From contig JAYWAE010000233.1 of assembly GCA_043782715.1 (NCBI GenBank), forward strand, positions 1-33,742: a DNA stretch of 33,742 nt. Direction: 5' to 3'. The first letter of the stretch is position 1, and each line of letters starts with the position of its first letter. The notes under the pieces were generated by a model, which searched no databases, was not told the origin of the DNA, and saw nothing but the letters and a program-made list of their open reading frames with translations. This DNA is from Pseudobdellovibrionaceae bacterium. GTDB lineage: Bacteria > Bdellovibrionota > Bdellovibrionia > Bdellovibrionales > UBA1609. Shown piece after piece: positions 26,479 to 33,742 of the stretch. Made by a program: the position numbers and the translations under genes.

Positions 26479-27546
26479 ATGCGCCTAATTCTGTTTGTCC
26501 TCCCGTTTCTGTTTTGCCTGCCCTCTACCTATGCCGCGGAAGAGGCCCTCGCGAGTTACGCACTAACCGCCCCCAGTACCACTACACTCAAAGCTCTCGC
26601 TCCACATTTCGGGCTCGAACATCGGCGCGGCAATGTCTTCGAATTGATTGTCGCGCAAAGCCAGGTGCCCTTGCTACTCTCGCTTGCGCCGGATGCGAGG
26701 CTCGTTGAGTCTGATACGGGAGCGGCGGCAAAGTCCCGCCTTCTATTATTTTCGATGCGCTCGCTCTTCACGGCCGCAAGTTATCATTCCTTCGACGAGG
26801 TGCAGAGGTGGATGCACGGGGTTGAAACTTCCCACCCCGACCTAGCAAAAGTGATCAACTATGGAATGTCCGGTGCCGGCCGGCCACTCTTAGCTTTGCA
26901 CGTGAACAAAGGGACAGCGGTCAAACCCGTACTGATGATAACGGCGGCCACTCACGGCGATGAATTGATCACCACTGAAATTTTAATGTCCTTGATCGAC
27001 CAACTGATTGCCGGCGATGGCGTGGACATGCGGTTGACGGCCATGCTCGACAAACACGATCTTTACTTTGTACCGGTCTTGAATCCCGATGGCTTCACCG
27101 CCACTCGCCGCTTCGATGGAAACGCAGATCCCAATCGCTCCTATCCGTGGCCAGATCACGAAAATGCCGTCCCCACTCCAAGCATCGCGGGCATCATGCA
27201 CCTTTACGACATGATCCATCCCGCAGGCTCGCTCGACTACCATGCGTACGGTGGAATGATTATGTTTCCTTGGGCGTACACCTACAGTCCTATTCCGCAG
27301 TCGTTTGCCACGCCGTTTGATGCACTGACTACGTCCATGGCTGCGACCAACAGCTACGCCCATGGGCCAATCTCAGATGTGATTTACATCGCGCCCGGCT
27401 CGAGCGCGGACTATTATTTTTGGAAGTCGAATTGCGTGAGCTTTGCCATCGAAGTCGGTCAGGAGAAGATTCCCGACCCTTCCGAAATTCCAACCTACGT
27501 CCACGATCAGACCGAGAGCCTTTGGCGGTTTATCGAGGCCTTCTAA
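26479..27546 (+). CDS. secreted M14 zinc carboxypeptidase
   Basis: Signal peptide ending TYAAEE. Zinc ligands HGDELITTE (H-x-x-E) and LDYHAYGG, plus NPDG and catalytic Glu in FAIEVG. Confidence 0.85.
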   Translation: MRLILFVLPFLFCLPSTYAAEEALASYALTAPSTTTLKALAPHFGLEHRRGNVFELIVAQSQVPLLLSLAPDARLVESDTGAAAKSRLLLFSMRSLFTAASYHSFDEVQRWMHGVETSHPDLAKVINYGMSGAGRPLLALHVNKGTAVKPVLMITAATHGDELITTEILMSLIDQLIAGDGVDMRLTAMLDKHDLYFVPVLNPDGFTATRRFDGNADPNRSYPWPDHENAVPTPSIAGIMHLYDMIHPAGSLDYHAYGGMIMFPWAYTYSPIPQSFATPFDALTTSMAATNSYAHGPISDVIYIAPGSSADYYFWKSNCVSFAIEVGQEKIPDPSEIPTYVHDQTESLWRFIEAF

Positions 27547-27555
27547 ATCTGGAAT

Positions 27556-28794
27556 TTACTCGGCGAACTGTCCGGCGAAATTTGGCGGGGGCTGGCCGAG
27601 CCCCTGAATCACTAGAGGCACCAGTTCCTTCACCCAAGCGACAAAGCCGCGCTCGTCGACATGAATGTTATCGATATAGAATTCCTCAGGCAAAGTCTTA
27701 TCAAGCCGACATTGAACGGTGCGACTCTGGCAGTAGGGCTCGAGCAACTGTGACAATTGCGAACGCACGTGAGCGATCCCGCCAGCATGAGCTTGATCGA
27801 CAATCATCGCTTGGCTTTCACGTGTGTAGAATAGAATTGTGGGAATTCGGCGCTCCAACAATTCAGCCATCACGCGCTGAAATGCGCGCACTTGCACGTT
27901 TTTTTCGCTCCAATCGAGTGTTTCAAAGTCACGCGGCCGGTTCGCCTTTGCGTTTTTAACGGCGACGCGCGACAGAGGATCTGGATCGCGTCCACCAAGG
28001 CTCACCAAACCGGCGCCCTTGGCCAGAGTGTCCGCGATCATAAGTCCGATTCTCTTACTGGGTGTGCGGCTAATGTACTCCCACGCCCAAACGTGAGCGA
28101 GACGATAGAGTTCGAAATTGTTGGAAAAAAAACGATTCAATATGGATTCGATCGCGACATCCAAAGTGGGGTGGGCGCTCTCATTTGCCGTCAGACGATC
28201 GCCTTCGATTCGCATATTCTTAAGGTAGTATCGGGTAAATCCCTCATCGACTTCCTGATGATGGGCAAACTGATCCAGATTTATGTTAATGACGACAACG
28301 TCGGGCTTAGCCGCGAGCGAGGCCTGTACGAGTGCGCCGATATCTGCAACTAGCGCACCACTGGTAGCAAAATTGGCGACACTAAGCGTGTCGTTCGGCA
28401 GGAACGGCCGAAGTTCTTCGCGCAACAGGTAGTCGAACGTCTTGCGTTTTTCGGCGCCTGAATCTACGAAGCCCACGCGTAAAACGGAATCACCAAAAAC
28501 AAAGATCCGTGGCGAGGGATGCCGCTTCAGTTCCCGGACCTTGGTGAACACGGCGGTGTCCGACTGGAGATCAATCGGTCCCAGCAAAATGTCACGGCTT
28601 CCGAAATCCAGCCAACGCGCTCCTGCCTCTGCGAGAGCAAAGGTCAGCAACATGGCGAGGAACATCGAAAGCAAACTGCGAACTTCGCTTTGCAGTCTCA
28701 TCAAAAGTTTTGGTACACGAACATGGAAGTGCTGCCCACAGTATAATACAAAAGGATGGCCAACTTTACGCTCAGAACAAAAGTCGAAAACCAA
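27556..28794 (-). CDS. membrane-anchored SGNH/GDSL-fold protein, partner of MBOAT (AlgJ/X-, PatB- or DltD-like O-acyltransferase)
   Basis: TM anchor LLSMFLAMLLTFALAEA. Block I is FVFGDSVL (GDS). The C-terminal DNIH (D-x-x-H) completes a Ser-Asp-His triad. Lies 11 nt downstream of the MBOAT gene. The true start may be ATG 28701 (MRLQSEV...). Confidence 0.6.
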   Translation of the reverse strand: MVFDFCSERKVGHPFVLYCGQHFHVRVPKLLMRLQSEVRSLLSMFLAMLLTFALAEAGARWLDFGSRDILLGPIDLQSDTAVFTKVRELKRHPSPRIFVFGDSVLRVGFVDSGAEKRKTFDYLLREELRPFLPNDTLSVANFATSGALVADIGALVQASLAAKPDVVVININLDQFAHHQEVDEGFTRYYLKNMRIEGDRLTANESAHPTLDVAIESILNRFFSNNFELYRLAHVWAWEYISRTPSKRIGLMIADTLAKGAGLVSLGGRDPDPLSRVAVKNAKANRPRDFETLDWSEKNVQVRAFQRVMAELLERRIPTILFYTRESQAMIVDQAHAGGIAHVRSQLSQLLEPYCQSRTVQCRLDKTLPEEFYIDNIHVDERGFVAWVKELVPLVIQGLGQPPPNFAGQFAE

Positions 28795-28804
28795 AATTTC
28801 ATTT

Positions 28805-29998
28805 CTAGACTCCTATCATTTTTCGAAACATCGGCAGCAGCGCTGAATTCGGCAGCAGCGCAAAGGTCAATGTGATCGAAACAAAGCTGTAGACCAGTAC
28901 GCTTGAAAGATAATCCAATGGCACGCGCTCTGATACGGCACCCGCCTCGCCTCTAATGCGGCGAAACAATACGTACAAGACGAGTGCCGCGGCGTGAAGG
29001 GTGCCGTACAGAAAGAACCCGAACGACCACCTATGCCAAATGCCAATCAGAATTAAACTCATTCCGTAAATCGAAGTGAGAACGACCTTGCGGTCTACGT
29101 TTGGAAAGCGGCCATAGCTAAACCTCACCAGTGGCATAAAAACGTGATCGCGCAGCGCAAGTCCCAATGTGCGATGCCACTTCCCCCAAAATTCCTGAAT
29201 GTTGCGTGACAAAAACGGTGCATCAAAATTCTCAGGCAAAGCAATTCCCATCAGTTGGGCAATGCCGATGGAAATATCGCAGTAGCCACTAAAATCCAAA
29301 TACACCTGCAAGAGAGTCAGCAAAGAGCCTACCCATAACATGGCCGGAGTCCAGGTCGGGATCGCGTCCGCGTTGGGAATGCTATAAGCGAGCGTATCGG
29401 CCAAGACGAATTTTTTAAGCAGACCGTTCATGATTCGGTGGCTGGTCTGCAAAACTTCATCGCGGGTCAGGGCGACGGGGGTCTCGATCGATTGCACAAA
29501 ACTATCTTGCCGCGCAAGCGGGCCGGAATAGAGTGCCGGAAAAAACAACATATAGTTTAGGAAATCGACCGGAGACCGATGTCTGAGGTAGGCGTACTCG
29601 TTGAAGAAGGCAATGGCGCGAAAAACCAAATACGAAATTCCTACGATGCGAATGATTGAATTGTGGAATGGATTCGAACGTCCAAGAAATCCTTGGTCGC
29701 GCACGAGAAAAAGAAAAAACAAAATTCCGAAAACGGCCGCAAAAGTCCCACCCCCGCGCCAGCGCTCGCCCAAGCGAAAGCGCCACACGGCCATACCGTA
29801 CGTCACGGCAAGAAAAGCGGTGAGCGCTATGAGGCTAGGCTTGTTGTCGATCGCAAAGACGATGAAGTAAATGTTGAGTGCCAGCAATACGAGATTGCGA
29901 CTCTTAAAAGTCGTCAGACTCCGGTAGGTCAACGTGGCGGCGAGCGCAAAAAGCCAGAAGTGCAGGGATTCGACGGGAATGCCAAAACTCTGAATCAA
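28805..29998 (-). CDS. membrane-bound O-acyltransferase (MBOAT; AlgI/DltB/PatA family)
   Basis: 397 aa and multi-TM, with the family motif FWGKWHRTL containing the conserved His. TTG start with AGGAAA 5 nt upstream. Confidence 0.85.
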   Translation of the reverse strand: MIQSFGIPVESLHFWLFALAATLTYRSLTTFKSRNLVLLALNIYFIVFAIDNKPSLIALTAFLAVTYGMAVWRFRLGERWRGGGTFAAVFGILFFLFLVRDQGFLGRSNPFHNSIIRIVGISYLVFRAIAFFNEYAYLRHRSPVDFLNYMLFFPALYSGPLARQDSFVQSIETPVALTRDEVLQTSHRIMNGLLKKFVLADTLAYSIPNADAIPTWTPAMLWVGSLLTLLQVYLDFSGYCDISIGIAQLMGIALPENFDAPFLSRNIQEFWGKWHRTLGLALRDHVFMPLVRFSYGRFPNVDRKVVLTSIYGMSLILIGIWHRWSFGFFLYGTLHAAALVLYVLFRRIRGEAGAVSERVPLDYLSSVLVYSFVSITLTFALLPNSALLPMFRKMIGV

Positions 29999-30181
29999 AA
30001 TTTTTCCTTCGACTGGCCTCTGCCCATAACAAAATGTTCGCTTGACGCCCTTTCCCCGTCAAACTTTGGCCTAGCCGCTGCAATGCATTAGGTGACCGTA
30101 AAACCAACGTAACTAGACCGTAGGAAAATAAACTCGACTTAAGATGTGAAAAGTAAAATTTGAAAATGCAAGTTGAGAGGA

Positions 30182-30258
30182 TGGTGCGCCCCACTGGATT
30201 TGAACCAGTGACCCCTACCATGTCAAGGTAGTACTCTAACCAACTGAGCTAGGAGCGC
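30182..30258 (-). tRNA. tRNA-Val (anticodon GAC)
   Basis: 77 nt on the minus strand: GCGCTCC-TA-GCTC-AGTTGGTTA-GAGT-A-CTACC-TTGACAT-GGTAG-GGGTC-ACTGG-TTCAAAT-CCAGT-GGGGCGC-A-CCA. Full cloverleaf with encoded CCA. The anticodon loop TTGACAT gives GAC. Confidence 0.9.
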
Positions 30259-30291
30259 CTGCTTAGATTGCTCTCTAAATTCCGCGAGAAA

Positions 30292-30312
30292 CGCGTTGTT
30301 GTCAACAACGCG
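30292..30312 (-). terminator. 21-bp palindrome at the lipB stop codon (lipB terminator-like hairpin carrying a TTGACA -35 for tRNA-Val)
   Basis: Minus strand CGCGTTGTTG-A-CAACAACGCG followed by TTTCTC. The centre reads TTGACA (30300-30305), about 40 nt upstream of the tRNA 5' end. It overlaps the lipB TGA at 30302-30304. Confidence 0.45.
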
Positions 30313-30925
30313 CGATGGGCGTCGGCCATTGCTGATGAAATTGCTCAAGCCACACTCTAAAAACTTCATTCAACTCGCTGCCGGTGCCCAATTTGTCGAC
30401 TGCTGCATCCACCACCCCACAGGCGCGAATAGCTGCAAAATCCTTCAGCGAGTTGCTGACATTGATCGCCACACCATGGGTACTCACCCCCTGGCGGATG
30501 CGAACACCTATTGCCGCCATCTTACCTTGGCTCGAATAGATGCCCGGACGCTTTTCATCCCATTCTACTTCGGCGCCGAAGTGCCGTAGGCAATTCACCG
30601 TTGCTTTGGCCAATGCGCACACCCAAACCCGGGCGCCACCTTCACGGATGTTCACAACCGGAAATATCACCAGCTGACCAGGATTGTGCAAAGTCGCTTG
30701 CCCGCCGCGGTCCACGCGTACGACTTCGAACCCTTCATTGCGCAATTCCAATTCGTCGCGTGCAAGATCTACGTCTGTGCGGGCACGCACACCGAGCGTA
30801 ATTACTTTTTCACATTCGAAACCCAGCACCACCCCGCTGGCCCCCGCGACTACGGCACAGTACGCTTCGCGCTCCGCACGCAAAGCTTCGCTGAATGATA
30901 TACGGCCAAGAAAATGCGCACGCAT
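30302..30925 (-). CDS. lipB: octanoyl-ACP:protein N-octanoyltransferase
   Basis: 207 aa with RGGQATLHNPGQLV, the Lys in GKMAAIGVRIR and the Cys in RACG. These correspond to the LipB Lys/Cys dyad contexts (E. coli KICSLGLRIR and NPCG). Confidence 0.85.
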   Translation of the reverse strand: MRAHFLGRISFSEALRAEREAYCAVVAGASGVVLGFECEKVITLGVRARTDVDLARDELELRNEGFEVVRVDRGGQATLHNPGQLVIFPVVNIREGGARVWVCALAKATVNCLRHFGAEVEWDEKRPGIYSSQGKMAAIGVRIRQGVSTHGVAINVSNSLKDFAAIRACGVVDAAVDKLGTGSELNEVFRVWLEQFHQQWPTPIARC

Positions 30926-30954
30926 TCCTCACCCCTAGCGCGAAATGGAATCGA

Positions 30955-31899
30955 TTAGTAGAGCTCGACGCGATCGTTCTCTTGAAAACCAGAACCAGAG
31001 TGTATGACGGCGATGGAGCCGTCTTTGCCGAAGTAGCTGATGACCTCGATCGTACCCTTTAGACGCCCGGGCGCAGCCCCGATAAAACGGCCATTCTCAG
31101 GATCATAGACGTCGTCGCCCTCGTCCGTGACCTTGAGAATGTCACCGACCTGAATACCCGATAGTCGCCCCGCGTTAACAAAGACGCGTTCCCCGGAGAC
31201 CATGGCCACGCGGCCTTCCCACGCTAGCTTTTCGATGGCGCGCGTGATGTTGGCGATCGAACCTAAGAAGGCTTTGCGAATCGCCGCCCGAATCAGTTCG
31301 GGGTCATCACTCAGCCGTGTCGCCAAGTCGCCGCGCTCCGCGATACGCGTCGACGTGGCATCCGTGTCGGCTGAACGCACCTCATTCAAAATTTCTTTGC
31401 CGTTCTTGCCGGCGTAAATACGCACGCGCACTTGCGACGAGACTTGGGCCTTCATTTGGCGAATTATGCCGACCGAGTCGCCCACCCGCTTGGCCTTGAT
31501 ACTCAAAACCTTACCTTCGACAACGGCGGCAACACCCATCGCGGCCGCGATCTTGGAAATCTGGGCTAAATCATATTCGTTTTCTTCAGTCAGAAACTTC
31601 TTCGGATCCTGCGGAAAATCCTCGGGCGAGACGACCACAAATTGATGGGTTTTAATCAGCTCACGCACGACCGTTTGCCGGGCAATGTCGGTCATGGCCG
31701 CGGTCCGATCAGGGCGCTCATCGAGGAACGGCAACACCAGCAGGCGGTGGCGCGGAGCCTCCTCGTCGGCACGGGCGTTGACGCTGACGTCTTTAGTTTC
31801 GATCTCGGCCGGCTTGTCGGCGGATCTACGTCCTCCCAGCACGCTACATGCGGTCAAAATCAGCAGTGAACCCAAGAGCAGCAATTTGCGCAGTCCCAT
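30955..31899 (-). CDS. lipoprotein with CsgG/LpoB/TolB-N-like module and FlgT-C-like beta domain (function unknown)
   Basis: Lipobox ILTAC. RLLVLPFLDERPD...VVRELIKTHQFVVVSPEDF...MGVAAVVEGKV resembles the CsgG/LpoB-type lipoprotein fold. The C-terminal EGRVAMVSGERVFVNAGRLSGIQVGDILKV...GTIEV resembles the small beta-domain found in FlgT-like proteins. Fold calls are pattern-level only. Confidence 0.55.
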   Translation of the reverse strand: MGLRKLLLLGSLLILTACSVLGGRRSADKPAEIETKDVSVNARADEEAPRHRLLVLPFLDERPDRTAAMTDIARQTVVRELIKTHQFVVVSPEDFPQDPKKFLTEENEYDLAQISKIAAAMGVAAVVEGKVLSIKAKRVGDSVGIIRQMKAQVSSQVRVRIYAGKNGKEILNEVRSADTDATSTRIAERGDLATRLSDDPELIRAAIRKAFLGSIANITRAIEKLAWEGRVAMVSGERVFVNAGRLSGIQVGDILKVTDEGDDVYDPENGRFIGAAPGRLKGTIEVISYFGKDGSIAVIHSGSGFQENDRVELY

Positions 31900-31931
31900 G
31901 GATCCAGTTTAGGACATTTCGGCCCAGAGAA

Positions 31932-33113
31932 CTATTGGGCCGAGGACGAGGATAGGGGTTTCACACTCAGAGCCAGACTGTCGTCCTGGGCACCGTCTAC
32001 CTCTACTGAATAGAGATTGAAATGGGTCTTCTGCAGGCTCTTGGCGAGTTCCTGGCCGGTCACGGACGTCTCGGCCTCAAAGGTCACCCGATTGGGCTCG
32101 AACAAGCGCTCTTTGAGCATCCGGATCTCGCGCAGCTGCGCCAGTTGCCGCTTGAACTCGGACTGTTGCTTAAAGGTCATAGCGCCCGTCACGGCCACGC
32201 GCACCAAGTTCAGGCTCATTCCACCGTTGGTGACAGCCTCGTTCAAGCGCCCGGCAAGATCTTCCATAACTTTGCCCTCGCTGTGTTCAAGCGTCGCCTG
32301 CACGACTTTTGCGGCTTCGGATGCCAGCGGCTCCGAGTGCTGGATTTCACTGATAATACGGCCCGATTTGGCCTGCCACATTTGCAAATCATAATTCAGC
32401 TTGAGGTCCGAGTTTTCATTGCGCGGGCGCACAGACTCCAGGCGGCCACTGATCACGATGTCGGCTTTGAGGTATTGGGCCAACAGCATTTGATCTTCCC
32501 GCCGAAGCACAGTGGAGCGGTACGCAGCCGGCACCGTCATACGGAATCCGGCACTCGTGGGGTCGAGTACGAACGCGCTCTTGGCTTTGAATTTAGCGGC
32601 CATGGAAAAGTAAAATCTCTTGAACAGGTCCTCCATAGGCCCCGGCTTGCTCTCTTCAACGGCGTCGGCCCACCACGCGTAATGGACGCCTCTACTGTCG
32701 ACCACCTCCACCAGCGGCAACACTTTTAGGGTACCGGAGCTGAGCAGGCCTTCCTCACGTAGAATGGTCTCGAGGTTGTTAGGCGAAAGCCGGAGGGTAA
32801 CCGTGATTTTGGTCTGCCCGCCGATTTCAATCGGGGGAGCGCCTTTAATGAAGACCAGGTAACGTGTAGAGTTCTTAAGCAGCTTAGTTTTGAGCCCAGG
32901 CCAGAATTTCGCGGCCTTCTCAGGCCCCAGCAGTTCCTCGGTCAGCTTCTGCGTCGCCTGTTCCGTGGCCTGGTCAAAGGCTTCTTGTTTAGCTTCCCCG
33001 CCCCGCTTCTCGGTGACGATTTCGACGTTCATGTCAGCCAAATCGCGCGCTTGCGTTGCTAGGGGGAGTATTGTAAGACCAAGGACGAACAAGAAAATTT
33101 TTTGTAATCTCAT
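31932..33113 (-). CDS. secreted protein, unknown function
   Basis: 393 aa with signal peptide MRLQKIFLFVLGLTILPLATQA. No catalytic motif. Lies 32 nt upstream of the lipoprotein gene and in the same direction, so probably co-transcribed. Confidence 0.55.
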   Translation of the reverse strand: MRLQKIFLFVLGLTILPLATQARDLADMNVEIVTEKRGGEAKQEAFDQATEQATQKLTEELLGPEKAAKFWPGLKTKLLKNSTRYLVFIKGAPPIEIGGQTKITVTLRLSPNNLETILREEGLLSSGTLKVLPLVEVVDSRGVHYAWWADAVEESKPGPMEDLFKRFYFSMAAKFKAKSAFVLDPTSAGFRMTVPAAYRSTVLRREDQMLLAQYLKADIVISGRLESVRPRNENSDLKLNYDLQMWQAKSGRIISEIQHSEPLASEAAKVVQATLEHSEGKVMEDLAGRLNEAVTNGGMSLNLVRVAVTGAMTFKQQSEFKRQLAQLREIRMLKERLFEPNRVTFEAETSVTGQELAKSLQKTHFNLYSVEVDGAQDDSLALSVKPLSSSSAQ

Positions 33114-33218
33114 CTTGGCTATCGTAAGCGAATTCTAATTGCTCAGGCAATTTTTAACTTCCCTTGGGTCCCGAATGTGCATTACAAGATGTGTTCTGCA
33201 ACAAAGAGGTAAAAGAGC

Positions 33219-33485
33219 ATGCTGGAATACGACCGTAAAAAACTGGGCACTTATCTAAAAGACGTTCGCGAGCAAGCGGCCTTCACGCAAGCCGATGTTT
33301 CGACAAAACTCGGGTACACCAGCCCGCAATTCATCTCGAACATTGAACGTGGCATCTCGGTCGTTCCGTTGAAGACCCTGGCACGTATGGTTTCTCTTTA
33401 TAAAGTGAACCCAGAAGGCGTGGTCAAAATCATCCTCGAGAGCCAACGTAAACTCCTTCGTGAAAAATTGATGCGGAGCAGATAA
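33219..33485 (+). CDS. XRE-family helix-turn-helix transcriptional regulator
   Basis: 88 aa with FTQADVSTKLGYTSPQFISNIERG, the classic Cro/C1-type HTH. Confidence 0.75.
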   Translation: MLEYDRKKLGTYLKDVREQAAFTQADVSTKLGYTSPQFISNIERGISVVPLKTLARMVSLYKVNPEGVVKIILESQRKLLREKLMRSR

Positions 33486-33560
33486 ACAGGCCATTCTAAA
33501 AATTTAGCTCCAGATTTTTCACATTCAATTGTTGTTGTCAGCCGCTCAAGTGGGTGAAAT

Positions 33561-33742
33561 GTGAGTCAACAGGAAGCGCCACCTCCTGAGCTAGAGGAGT
33601 TGGCCTGCGAAGTCGGCGATTTTATATGCTATTGGGGATTCAAAAAAATCCACGGTCGGCTTTGGACACACGTTTACCTCGCTAAAAACCCCTTAGACGC
33701 CGGCCAGCTCATGAGCCGGCTTAAAGTCTCCAAAGCACTTAT
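33561..33742 (+). CDS. GbsR/MarR-like winged-helix regulator (5' part, truncated by window end)
   Basis: Open frame from GTG 33561 to the window edge. The segment VGDFICYWGFKKIHGRLWTHVYLAKNPLDAGQLMSRLKVSKAL matches the conserved N-terminus of GbsR-type regulators. An in-frame stop lies just upstream at 33555. Confidence 0.5.
   Translation, partial: MSQQEAPPPELEELACEVGDFICYWGFKKIHGRLWTHVYLAKNPLDAGQLMSRLKVSKAL

Noticed and set aside
26156-30258. Genomic island integrated at tRNA-Val (small ORF, M14 peptidase, SGNH and MBOAT genes lie 3' of the tRNA)
   Set aside because: There is no integrase next to the tRNA. I could not find a direct repeat of the tRNA 3' end in the window. The only recombinase is 22 kb away.
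30302-30925. Apparent loss of the LipB catalytic Cys (RQGVSTHG where E. coli has RGCSFHG)
   Set aside because: On re-alignment the catalytic Cys of LipB is the one in the downstream 'PCG' motif. That Cys is conserved here as RACG, and the Lys in KMAAIG is also present. The enzyme looks intact.
32022-32729. 235-aa plus-strand ORF antisense to the 393-aa secreted protein gene (also 32017..32394)
   Set aside because: The minus-strand ORF is longer, has a signal peptide and forms an operon with the lipoprotein. The plus-strand product is His/Arg/Leu-rich with no features.

Overview
Moderately GC-rich chromosomal segment of a Gram-negative bacterium. BamB and many lipobox lipoproteins are present, and the fabF-rpiB-glyA linkage resembles delta-proteobacterial or Bdellovibrionota-like lineages, but the taxon cannot be fixed from this window. 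I count about 42 protein genes and one tRNA-Val(GAC). I saw no rRNA, CRISPR array or IS transposase. Core blocks: leucine dehydrogenase-yfgM-bamB-lipoprotein (47-3474, minus strand); yceD-rpmF-fabH-fabD-fabG-acpP-fabF-rpiB-glyA (9175-16041, plus strand, with no plsX); and lipB with tRNA-Val (30182-30925). Less ordinary parts: (1) a tightly packed accessory patch at 3.8-8.2 kb. It holds an unknown protein, a membrane fatty-acid desaturase divergent from a GNAT-like acyltransferase, a membrane-tethered HTH regulator, a striking 18-7-18 bp inverted repeat that looks like either a tandem operator or a lox-like site, a compact 179-aa FimB/E-sized tyrosine recombinase, and a small secreted protein. 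(2) A co-directional LysR - penicillin/AHL-acylase-family - small membrane protein - S8 protease - degenerate thermolysin-like lipoprotein cluster (16.7-23.0 kb). (3) A Chlamydia-type non-canonical folate operon (CADD-like pABA synthase, FolB, fused FolKP, CofE-like FolC2; 23.1-26.1 kb). (4) An orphan MBOAT + SGNH-fold O-acylation pair beside an M14 carboxypeptidase (26.5-30.0 kb). (5) Two uncharacterised envelope proteins (31.0-33.1 kb). My best candidates for something new are the desaturase/GNAT/HTH/recombinase patch and the acylase-protease cluster. Functional calls there rest on motif-level pattern recognition and need profile or structure searches.
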